64,000 nucleotides of DNA from Epiperipatus broadwayi (taxonomy: Eukaryota > Animalia > Onychophora): positions 9,424,001 through 9,488,000 of the forward strand of contig JAQFVV010000007.1 of NCBI GenBank assembly GCA_028023455.1, written 5' to 3'. Shown here piece after piece: positions 51,600 through 64,000 of this stretch; position 1 is the stretch's first letter; each line of letters begins with the position of its first letter. The position numbers and the translations under genes were made by a program. Below the pieces are notes generated by a model. That model was not told the DNA's origin. It did no database searches and saw nothing but the letters and a program-made list of their open reading frames with translations.

Positions 51600-52110
51600 A
51601 GAGAAAATTGATCATTTAATGTAATTATTCATTTGAAAACATCACAGTTATCAGCATAGCATAATAAATATAATGACTTAAGATATTTAAGATTGTCCAT
51701 ATATGTGTTGAATAATGAAGGAGCCAGAATACTACCTTGAAGTACACCCAAATTACAATTGTATAAAGTGGAAGTTTGATTATTGTATTTAACAAAAGCC
51801 TTCCGACCTTTAATAAATGAAGTAAACCATTTAATAAGCTTTATAAAGAAACTTAACTTGTAATGTTTTTGAAGAAGAATATCAAGATTTATTCTGTCAA
51901 AAGCCTTAGATAGATCAAAATAAATTACACCTAATCTCTATCTACCTTCTATAGCATAAGCAATATGATCAAAAAATAGAGATTAGTTTCAATAAAACTA
52001 TTTGACAAAAAACCATATGGAACAAAACATTATCTACTATTTTATTGCATATATCTAAAACAGGAATTTCAAAATTTATTACAATTAGTTTTTATCTAAA
52101 ACAAAAAATA
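51600..52110 (-). mobile_element. CR1/L2-type RT remnant
   Basis: Minus frames give YGFLSNS, GVIYFDLSKAFDRI, GVLQGSILAPSLFNTYMDNL and CYADN. Confidence 0.85.
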
Positions 52111-52599
52111 CACATGAACAAAATTATATATACTAACACGACTAATGCAAAACAATATTCAACACTAATTTTAAAAAATTCCAGTCATAAAAGAAAAAAG
52201 AAGGACATAGTTTTAAGATAGCTATGGCTCTTATTTGAACCTTTGATTATTTCCAAGTCACGTATATTAATTTTATTTGCATATGCTTTGCTTTTAATTC
52301 TTAAACTAGAATGATTGAATGCGGAATATATATGAATTATATTTTATCACATTTCATAGATAAATTAGTTATAAATAACAATTACAGTATCAGATATGCT
52401 TTTCTTTTGATATTAATCCCAGGAAAGTCATGAATACAGAATTTCATGAAGATTATTTTACCATCTGTTCATAAACATATCTGTTCCAGGGTACTCATAT
52501 ACAATCAATTAGAAAAGTTAACAATTGTAAGATATCATTAAATCGATGTAATCCCCCCACCCCTCCAGAACTGAAAAATACAGTTGACAATATACACTG

Positions 52600-53245
<646 letters not shown>

Positions 53246-53287
53246 TGAACATATATATGCATACTATATATACACGTATATATATAT

Positions 53288-54410
53288 AATAACGAAACTT
53301 AAATATATTCCAAACAACGGTAAACAATTTATAATACAATATAAAGAAATATTTTCGATTATATTCATAATCATTTTCAACTCAACTTTCAAAATGGAAT
53401 CATCTATTACCAACCGGAAACACATCTTCTTCCATTCTTTAAACAACCATATCTTATTCATATATTTGGTATCCATTAATCACGTAACATTAACACAATA
53501 AAACAAAATAAATGTCCGCTAATATCAATAATACAATAACGAAACTTAAATATATTCCAAACAACGGTAAACAATTTATAATACAATATAAAGAAATATT
53601 TTCGATTATATTCATAATCATTTTCAACTCAACTTTCAAAATGGAATCATCTATTACCAACCAGAAACACATCTTCTTCCATTCTTTAAACAACCATATC
53701 TTATTCATATATTTGGTATGGTTGTTTAAAGAATGGAAGAAGATGTGTTTCCGGTTGGTAATAGATGATTCCATTTTGAAAGTTGAGTTGAAAATGATTA
53801 TGAATATAATCGAAAATATTTCTTTATATTGTATTATAAATTGTTTACCATTGTTTGGAATATATTTAAGTTTCGTTATTGTATTATTGATATTAGCAGC
53901 CATTTATTTTGTTTTATTGTGTTAATGTTATGTGATTAATGGATACCAAATATATGAATAAGATATGGTTGTTTAAAGAATGGAAGATGTGTTTCCGGTT
54001 GGTAATAGATGATTCCATTTTGAAAGTTGAGTTGAAAATGATTATGAATATAATCGAAAATATTTCTTTATATTGTATTATAAATTGTTTACTATTGTTT
54101 GGAATATATTTAAGTTTCGTTATTGTATTATTGATATTAGCGGACATTTATTTTGTTTTATTGTGTTAATGTTACATGATTAATGGATACCAAATATATG
54201 AATAAGATATGGTTGTTTAAAGAATGGAAGAAGATATGTTTCCGGTTGGTAATAGATGATTCCATTTTGAAAGTTGAATTGAAAATGATTATGAATATAA
54301 TTGAAAATATTTCCTTATATTGTATTATAAATTGTTTACCATTGTTTGGAATATATTTAAGTTTCGTTATTGTATTATTGATATTAGCGGACATTTATTT
54401 TGTTTTAATA
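53288..54410. repeat. 247-bp unit: ~1.8 forward copies folded back into ~2.8 reverse copies, between (TA)n tracts
   Basis: aataacgaaac occurs at 53288 and 53535. Inversion at ~53700-53719 with a 20-nt loop. Reverse copies are spaced 244 and 247 bp; only a few substitutions. Confidence 0.95.
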
Positions 54411-55199
54411 TATATATATAAAATCATCTATGTTATATATGTGTGCATGTTGAAAAGTAGTGTACATTTGCAGATCAATAAACAATATGTATTCTAGTCT
54501 AAATGATGTTTATGAACAAAATGTAAGCTATTAAATATGTTTGTACATAGGTGGGAGTGGGGTGAGGTAGCTTGGAATAAAATATAGTATACTTTGTGTT
54601 TCGACTGTATACGAATGTGCATGCTATTACTAACAGTTGGAAGTATTTGAAAAGTGTAAAGTTTGAATATTCTAATATAAACATTTAACAATTAATATTA
54701 AATGATGGAAATGGTCCAACATATAATAACAGCTGCAATATTATTATCACAAACTTTCAGAGAAAGACTTTATCTCATGTTATTCATTTGATGGCAATAT
54801 TGAATGCCATTATCTTAGCATCTGATATGGATTTTGATTTGATGCTTATTAATATCTCTTGTTTGATTGCCTGTCTCTACAAATTCTGAAATAACAAATG
54901 CAAGTGATTGTTTTAAATGGAATATTTATGATTGTCTAAAGAATTGTGATGTTATTTATTTGTAGCTGTGTGCTGGAGTATTTTCATTATCTAGTTGAAT
55001 TGTTAAATATTTTTAGAAAAATTCAAACTTTATATTTTTCTAAAACATTCAAGTGTTAGTAATAGCATATAAAGATTAGTATAGACATTAATTTGTGTGT
55101 AATTACTAATAGTTGAATGTATTTCCAAAATTATAAATGAAGTGTGAATCAATTAAGTGGTGGGAATAGCTTATATCATCTTCATCATCATCATATTTT

Positions 55200-55400
55200 C
55201 AACTTTTAATGATTCACTACAGAATGAAAGTTTCTCCAAGTATACTTCAGTTTTTCTAATTTCTAGCTTTTCTTCTCCATCTCACACCAGAAAACTTCCT
55301 TAATTCATATTTCCACGTTATACGTGGTCTCTTTCTGGGTCTTTTACAATCTTGGGATCACGTAATTGCAAAGATATTACTCTGTCTTTAAGTAATCAAT
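55200..55400 (-). mobile_element. RTE-clade 3' end
   Basis: Minus frame KRPRKRPRITWKYELRKFSGVRWRRKARN resembles KR.RGRP..RW...G..W.R.A.DR. Confidence 0.6.
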
Positions 55401-56490
55401 TTTGGATCAATGACTTTTTTAGAATTCCTCTGCACTAAGAAAATGTCAATAATTAACCAGACTAGTTAAGGTCAAATGGTTTTTCTTAAGTGTTTATCCT
55501 CTAGCTAAATACTGTATAATTAAGTTTCCTCTGTTAAAAATTTATTTTATTTTATTTTTTTTTACCTTGATTTATATGAATTCAAATCAAATTAAACTTT
55601 TTTATCTACTTAATTTTGTTATTAAAATGCAATAATTGAATAGTTTATTACTTGATATTTTATAAGAACATCTGAGCCCTGTAAGAGAGAATAGGGCCAC
55701 ACACATGGATGTTGAGTCTCAGTGTTCAGCACGCTACAACTGCGATACCAAACCATGATGAGTAATTTTGTCATTAATAAAATTAATTGATTTAATAGCT
55801 ATCTAATATTTGTGAACGAATGGTGATTATGTTCTTTCCATTAAAATCCCTGAGCAGTTAGTTAGTCCTGTAGTAAAGCAGCAATCCTAAGAATTGTTTT
55901 TATTCGGCTGAGTAAAATAAAAAATATAAAATAAGCTGTTCAATAAAAACACTGACTAAATAGTGTCAATTGATATGGAAAATTAAGTGATCAACTAAAA
56001 AGATGGAAAAGAATCAATTTACATTTTTGTATCAATAAAAGGTGTCTTTAAAAATATGTAAACCATTGTTAAAACCTCCAAATACCACATTCAAACAGTG
56101 CTATATTGGGAAAAAAAACAGATTGCAGATTTCTGCTTAAAGGGAACTTTCAAAAGTATTAGATTATTTCAGGAAAGATTGATGAACAAATGACATGATT
56201 ATATAAATGAAAAAGATCAGAGAATAGTAGAAAAAAGTTAATACATGTGGTACTGCTTTTACAGGGGCTTATGGAATATTGTTAGAAAATAGATGTTACA
56301 GAATCTACAGTTGATCACAATGAAACAGACTGACTCTATGTTCACAGAGAAAGATGAAATATTTAATATGCACATTGAATAAAGGCAATTATGGATTGAG
56401 AATTAATAATATATATATATATATAATAAGAAAATCAAGTCATATATCATGAGACTCATTTTTTAAAGCTTGTACTTCAGATAAGTAATG

Positions 56491-56730
56491 TAGAGAGCAT
56501 GCTAATAAACTTTATCAATAAATGCTGCAAGAAAAAGCATTGAAAAAATATCTACCTAGAATTATCCCCATCTCCAAACCATTTTCAGTTTAGTTTGATC
56601 TAGTGTCCGAATATCCTAGTGCCTCACTGAGAAGAGCCATTAGCTTGAAAACAGTTTGGGGATGGGGATAATTCTAGATTAATGCTTATTCTTGATGCAC
56701 TTATCAATAAAGTTTGTTAGAGCTATTAGC
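56491..56730. mobile_element. Family F3 palindromic insertion with hammerhead on the plus strand
   Basis: Left arm 56501-56580 is the reverse complement of the right part. 56621-56663 reads CCTCA CTGAGAA GAGC-CATTA-GCTT GAAA ACAGTT TGGGGAT (decayed core). The right end agagctattagc is shared with 2515-2527. Confidence 0.7.
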
Positions 56731-59700
56731 CCAATTTCTATATTATTTTTATATATATTTTAACAGTCTACCCATGATCATATTCTCAGAATTTAAGTGA
56801 GAACAGGTTATTACCCGTGCTTCAAGTAGGTATATTTATGAGCACGGAACAAGTTCGATATCAAGTGCCAATCTTATCAATTAAATAAGAATTATACCCC
56901 TCAAAAGCAAAAGAAAAGGTCCAGTGGGCTCTTTTTGGATGCCTTATCCAGGCTAGCTCAGTCTCAAGGTCTGGAAGACAATATCTATCGGGAGAATGAA
57001 GCCAAGGTTATCTTACAAAGAAACATCATTTATATACTTTTATAATTTTCCTATTTGCCCTACAAATCTTATTATTTTATTTCTTTTAAAGATATACAGT
57101 CATGAATATCAGTAAGCTTTTATAAATAATAACCCAGAACTTAGAAGAATCTCATAATTCAAATAAATACACAAGTTATAGCTTAAATTCTAAGATTTAT
57201 TAATACATATCTATAATAATATCACAAACATATGATTCATTCATTCTGATATATATATAATATCAGTATACACATTCATGAAAGAGTGCAACTATACATC
57301 ACAGTTGTATTTATTAAATGATTTAATCTATTTCTATAATTACTTTCTTTAAGTTGCCGACAAAGCACATATTTCTTAATTTATTATTATATGTTCACTT
57401 AATATATGTAGAGAAAAGTCATAGTTACCTCATTTGAGGGGGAATGTTTGTGTATTTAAGACAGATGATCTGTAAGTTTACAGTATGACAATGGCAATAA
57501 TCCTAACAAGAATTGTTGGTCTGGAAGATGATAAAAGATTCCATAACATTTTCACATATGATAATCCATCCTAGATGTTAGGTAGGTGATTCTAAAATTT
57601 AGTGCATGAAAGTTCTTGCTGTTTGGAGTTCTGTGATCATTTCACTTGCTTGAAATAGACAGCTGAAATGTCCATAGATAAAGGTCAGGCAAGTCACATA
57701 ATAGCTGTAACACTGAGTTGGTTTAATGAATCCACATGATTCTTTTACCCCAGCATTTCGATGGAGTCCATTCTTATTAATTTTTATTAATTAATAAAAT
57801 CACTTTATTAAAATTTACACTCAGCACTTTTTTCTCTATAACAGTCACTTTTCCAAATCACTACAAAATAAATATATATATATATATTGTAGCAGTCGAT
57901 CTTAGCCCAAGATCGAGCTCCACTGTTCTACCACTTAACCCACTGGTTTTTTCGTCATATTTATATAAACTAGTATATTTCTGAGAAGCGTCGATAAAAG
58001 TTTATAAATATAAATCTCAAATAAAAATTTTCTTTAATTTTAAACATTGACTTTTATGAATCCGACTCAGATATATACATATATTAACGGAGCTTTTATA
58101 TATATAAAAGCACAAGAAAATCTTTTGAATAATTTTGTATTTTTTCTTAATTATTTGTTATTTATTTTATAAATATTTTCTTCATATAAGTATACAAATA
58201 TTCAAGATGGAAGATGGCTGTCCAAGAGTAATTAAAGGGGTGGGGACATTACTTTGTTTCATAATTAAAAAGGAATTTTTAAATTAAAGTAAAATTTAAA
58301 ACAAAGCTCATTGATTTTAATTAGAGATTAACATTTTTATCAAATCTATTTCCAATCTGGAAATTGATTTGAAATTATTTTGGGACAGTTATCTAACGAT
58401 TCCATCTCCACTAACAAGAGCTAAAATATTTCTGTTAATTAAAGATAAGAAGTTTAATTAAAAAACATTCTTGAAACACCTCAAAGTTTTGTATAAATAG
58501 GGTTAAAAATCTATTGTGCCAAAAAGAGAAAGAGAGGTCAATAGTCTTTAACTGACTTCACGTCTGTGTAATTTTTGAGGGACTTCAGCTGCCTTCACCA
58601 CGGTCTTCAGCTCCACTCTACGCCGTGCATGATGTAGCTTCTACCGTTCAAGTGTGCCCATGCCGTCAAAGAACCGCCGAGGCCAAAATACAAAATTCAT
58701 CTGTATTCCATAGAATGCTGAGGTAACCAGCCCAAAGTCATTATAACCGTATTACCTAACTTATAACTTGTAAACTCTCTTTAAATTAATGTTTTCTATA
58801 TATTTAAACCTTTTTTTCAACTCGCTAATCGGCGAGCATATTAAACTAATTCTCTTCTTTATATCGATTCTCTATAACATAAATTAATGCTACTATAAAA
58901 CATTTCATTCGACTCATGCTTCTTGCTTTCTTTTATAAATTAGTGCGGTTATAATTTATTTTGACTGAGATTTTTATATTTTTCACTAAACTTTTATTTT
59001 TAAATGCAAATCAAACCCGGTTTTACGAACTTAAGGGGGGGGGGGTAATGAGCTATTATTTATTTTTTTCTAAATAGTTCGTAAGTCTGAGTTTTTCTTG
59101 TAAAATTAATATATGTTTTTTCATTTAAAATATTATACCATAAAATTATACAAAATGTATAAGTATTTTTCAATCTGGGGTGGATTTTGGTATACGTAGG
59201 TTTTATTAATTTCTTTATTCATCATCACCAAAAAGACTGGTGAATAAATTGCATTTTGTTGTTCGCACTTTTAAGTGCATGAATTTTAGTTTTTATATAT
59301 TATATTTAAACAAAATAGTGATTCAAGAAGGGGGAGCAATGCACGCTTCATTAATTGTAGTTTTAACTTTAATAAATAACTTTATCTTACATGGGTCATT
59401 ATTTAAACCTATCATTACGTCTTTGTTAAACTATTTAAGGCTTTATATTTATTCTTTAAATCCAAGAATTTTATATTATAATAGCGTTGTTAGCATAGGC
59501 CACTCTTCATGTTATTAAGCTTTATCTAGAGACGTGCGTCGGAATGCCCGAGTCGTCTCTCATCTTCGTTTCAGGTCATAAACAGGGCGATGAATGTCCC
59601 TAGACCATATATATATATACACTCGCGTAACGAGAGCTATGCATGGGATAATTCTGGCAAAGTTCGGCCCATTGTGTCTCCGTCCGAGGACCTTTTGTCA

Positions 59701-60112
59701 ACCGATTCCACAAAATGTGGGATGGCAAATCGGCTAGACTGTTTTCTTCCGTACTATGATAAAGCACTTCAAAATATTGGATCCGCAAATATTCGGCTAT
59801 TATGCTAACACCGCAATTTCCTATAGTTCCTTTTAGCCTGTTTGACAAAATAAACCGTAATGATATGTAATAATGAAACGTTTTCTCTTTGTAATATTTT
59901 TAGTTGGAGTTTAAATCCAACCTCTCATGAAGCTGCCCTCCCCTTTATTGAATAAGCCATTCCCCGTATTAACAAAGTTTCGCTATATTCTTATTCTTAA
60001 ATGTCGAAAATGTAAAATAAATAAATGTTTTTAAGTATATATAAATTAGTAAAAAAAAAGTTTTTCTTTTATAATTTTTTAAAATTTTTTGGTTAGAATT
60101 TTTTTAGTTTTT

Positions 60113-60212
60113 GGGGTTAGGGGGGGGGGGAAGAGAGGGGGGAGGGGGGGGGGTGGGGGGGGGGGGAGAAAGAGGAGGAAGAAAAGGGGAGGGGGAGGTT
60201 AAGGGGGAAGAG
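60113..60212 (+). repeat. G/A-rich polypurine tract with G-quadruplex potential
   Basis: Multiple long G runs; may be partly a sequencing-quality artefact. Confidence 0.6.
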
Positions 60213-63200
60213 GAAAAGAAAATATTTGATCACAAAGTATACTCATTTTAGTGTTGTAAATAAAGTTCATAAATGAAAATATGTATCCAATGCCAAGGGT
60301 ATTATATTCAAGTCCTATAATCAACGAAACTCTTATTATTATATTTTTACATGTATTTCTAAATGTATAAACGTCTACCAATCACCCAGATAAATTTATT
60401 TTTGTACATTGAATAAAATCCTATTTGAAATATACGTCAGTATTGTAACCGCCGCACTAAATTGATATCTATTGAAATAAAATAATTGTAAAAAGATCAT
60501 CAAATATTTGTAACCAAAATTAAAGTTTTAAATGCGTGAAGTTGAATATATATAAAATCTTGAATTTTTGACAAAATAAATATTTATATATTTTTAAACT
60601 TAATTCAGTTGTTTGAATCTCCTTAATAATATTTATATTTATGTATTTTAAACTTAATATCATGGGTTCACTCAATCTCTTATCATCATCAGCTGAGTCT
60701 CATGCAAAACAATGTAGCACCGGGCCCAAAAATAATTAATTTATGTGGTATCACCGTAGAGTGTTGTCAGTAGTGTTATAGATTTGGGGAATGGGCAAAT
60801 AGGTTAGAATTCATGATTGCTCCTGACCTGTGTATCTCGGGCATGATTGGATTCGGGGTACTTTTGCTTAGATTCTAAATCTTGTTGAATGGACATACAT
60901 TTTCGACTGGTACAATATATAATTCTTTTCTCTCTTTTTCACCTTACTTTTTTTTTTTATCCATATGCCAATGGCCATTAGCTCAGGAATGCTATTAGTG
61001 TGATCAGGTTTCCATTGTTCCAAAATACTTAGTGGCCAATTCTTGGAATTCTGATAAGTGTCATTAACAGAAAACACCTGTGGCACAACTTGCAATCCCT
61101 TTTATTACTTTCCAGCCTTATATTTGAATTTGCTTTCATTAAGAAACTTGTGCTACTAATGACATTATTTAAATAACTATAACTTACGATAATAAACAAC
61201 AAAAATATATAAAACAAAAAAATATAAAAATACAACTCTGCCATAACTGCTCCTTTTCATCTTCACATACAAATCTATCTGTTAGTAATTAATTCTACGC
61301 AACATCAACACGTGTAAAAAATATATATGTATACATTCACATCTTTAAATGGTTAATGTATTTCACTCACACTCTCTTGTAACAGGGTTCAAATGTATAT
61401 CCATAAAATTTCTACATCTATTAATTCAATACATCATAACAAACACAACAAACACTCTTTTGTAATCATTAGTGCATTTTACTTCCTTTGGTACCTGTAT
61501 TCAAACCCATCTACTGTTACAATATATTGTAATGCTACAGGGAAGTAATGGTTTGAACCATCAGGGATCTGAGAAATTGTTTGTTTATCCACAAGTAAAA
61601 AAAATATAAAATTTGAGGGATGAATATGAAAGATTATCCTGAGAGATCAGCAGCTAGCTATCTTAAACATAAGCATAATTAACTAAGTTCACCAGCATTA
61701 AAATAAGGCTAAGTCATTCATCATCATGAATGATCAACAATAAAGTATCTGGTGACTGTATTTAAAATGGGTCTACTATAGACCAGGCTAATTATTTAAC
61801 TCTTTCTAGCTTGGGACAGATCATTGAAACCATTAGTTGGATGCACAAACATAAGTGCTAATCCATAAGAATACAAACAAAAAATAATAATGACAGAATA
61901 TTAAAATATGCTGATCATCATCAATGCTCTGGCCAATTAGTACCCTTGATGTACTGGCCATTATAAACTTACTATCTAGTAAAGACTAAAATAAAATGTA
62001 ATGCATGGACTTTAAAGAATATACTCTTCACACCAATCCAGAATGATAATCATTATCAACTAGATGCACATATATATATATATATCCCTTATTCTGGCTG
62101 TTATGCACAAACCTAGTCCAGGAAGCAAGAACTCTAATTTATTACTGTGAGCAAGAGGGAAATAAATGAATAAATTAGCTTATTATAAATAATCTTAAGC
62201 AAATCACAGGCTTCCCCTACTTATAAATAATGGTTTTATTGAGATCATCAAAAAACAAACTAAATACTAAAAAATACAGTAATTAAGACTAGAAAGAATA
62301 TTTTTTAAAACAATTATTTAATATCTAATTAATAACAACAAAAACAACATGATAGTGTGACATTTCAAACACTCATTTCACCAAAAAATATACAGTTTGA
62401 TAAAATGATATTAACCAATTAGTTGATTTTAGTCATGGATTAATTTTAAATTCATTAAGCTATTTCTTTAAAATAGTCAAGATTTTTCTTTCTATTTTCA
62501 CAATATTTCCAGAATCAAAAACAACAATCTTTGGTTCAATTTTTTCAAAATATTTAAGACTTAATTAACAACATGTTAAGAATCAAAAATATCAATCTTT
62601 GATCCAGCTTAGCAAGATAAAAAAAAAATTTTTTTAAACTTAAAAACAGATTTTTTTTTCTCCTTTTTAAAAACTATTCCACCATTTGTAATGGAAATTT
62701 GACTGGATTTTAGAAAAAAAAATCCTACAATTTAAAATATTTTAAATTAGTGAAATAATTACTATTGTCAATTTTTACAAAAAAAAAAAAACTTATTACA
62801 TTTATGAAACAAAAACAAAAATTTCTATTAAATAAAATATAGTGTGCACACACCAAAAAATACTAATACCTCTAATTATGGCTTTAGTGTGAAGTCTTTT
62901 CCTCTTGGAATTTTCAGTTTCTTTTCAATTGAGCTTCTCCTTGAAGACTTCTTAATCTTGTACATGGTTAAAGGGTCCCTTTACTTATCTGTGGCAATTC
63001 CAGGTAATTGACAAATAGCAAATTTTGTTCTCTTGAATTTCCAGGTGAGACAAATGTAGACAGAGACTCATTGCTCTTGGTTTAAGGCTAGGTTACAGAT
63101 TACTTTAGGGGATTGCCTTCTCTACATTTTTATTCCAGTGAAGGTAGGTTACATGGGGGAAGGTGATGCCTAGCTTTTAACTGAATCTAGCACATGGTTT

Positions 63201-64000
63201 TCATTATACAAACCATTTTAGTGCTAAACTCATAGTATGCTAAAAGCTTGATTAAAAACCTACTATTTTATTCAATAGCTTAGTATGAGCTTGTTTAAGC
63301 TTGTACTTCTCTCTTTTCAATAGTTAAGTTAGGAACACTTTCTACTGTCTTTTTGAGCAGCAGGATTAAGATTTAACTTATCTCTCTTCAACAATTATGT
63401 TAGGAATACTCTCTTTAGACACTTGGGTCCCTAGTCACTAATTTACATCTATATATATATTCTAGGACAATCTTGTCCACAAGCCACTTACAATTTGTCT
63501 CTTACATGATAATTTTCATGACAAACAATTATACAAAGTTTTATAAATACAATTTTTAGTCAATTCACACCTTAATCATAGATATTGAAAACAAGTCAAG
63601 ATCTTAAATTAGCATCATAAAATTCTTGACATTCCTTTATAACTAAAAACCAAATTTTCTTCCAAAAAAATGCAAAAAACAATATGATCAGTTAATTGCA
63701 CTGATTTGATTTTGATTTTTTACTAGAGAGATAAAGAAAAAAACCAACTCTGATTAATTAAAAATAAAATTTCCAAAGTTAATAAAATTTTATTTTGTTC
63801 CTCCCTCTTTTTTTTATTAAAAAAATACTCTTACATATATCTAATGTTTGAGAATTTTCATACTATCATATTGGAAACTTAAAAAAATATTGAGTTAAAT
63901 AAAGACCCATCAAAAAAAAAAAAAAGGTCTAGAATATTATTTCCCCCAATTAATTAAATAATTTTTTATACTCATACTTGAGGAACATACTGCCAACTAT

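Noticed and set aside
53288-54410. Integrated viroid (unit length falls in the viroid size range)
   Set aside because: No hammerhead or rod-like self-complementarity seen in the monomer; length alone is not evidence.
60930-61095. Exon-like minus-strand frame ending at a GTAAG donor
   Set aside because: No convincing acceptor, in-frame stops just upstream and no recognisable homology.

Overview
Very AT-rich (roughly 70% AT by eye) eukaryotic genomic DNA, almost certainly from an animal. The evidence is a WWP/Su(dx)/Itch-type HECT relic plus CR1/L2, RTE, L1/Tx1, Penelope, mariner and hAT debris. I find no intact protein-coding gene; nearly all ORFs in the supplied track are chance frames or fragments of decayed elements. 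Recognisable coding relics are a ~4.6 kb L1/Tx1-type LINE (40.7-45.4 kb, minus), a Penelope-like RT + GIY-YIG remnant (21.4-22.6 kb, plus), several CR1/L2 and RTE fragments, a mariner remnant and an intronless HECT E3 ligase pseudogene (52.6-53.2 kb). The most interesting signal is non-coding. At least three dispersed short repeat families (labelled F1, F2, F3 here) each carry a minimal type I hammerhead ribozyme motif (CUGANGA / stem II / GAAA / tiny palindromic stem III / NUH); about 12 intact or decayed copies occur in 64 kb. In each family the best-preserved copies end at a fixed point about 85-120 nt downstream of the predicted cleavage site. Many insertions are palindromes with both ribozyme-sense 3' ends pointing outward, and two contain more than one monomer. 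This fits a Penelope-mobilised, retrozyme-like system, and it may explain many of the hairpins here that superficially look like MITEs. Other features are a retroposed pre-tRNA-Gly copy with TSD, a 247-bp multimer folded back on itself, nested foldback/TIR elements, a hAT MITE and a 54-bp minisatellite. All coordinates and alignments were made by eye; element boundaries are approximate.
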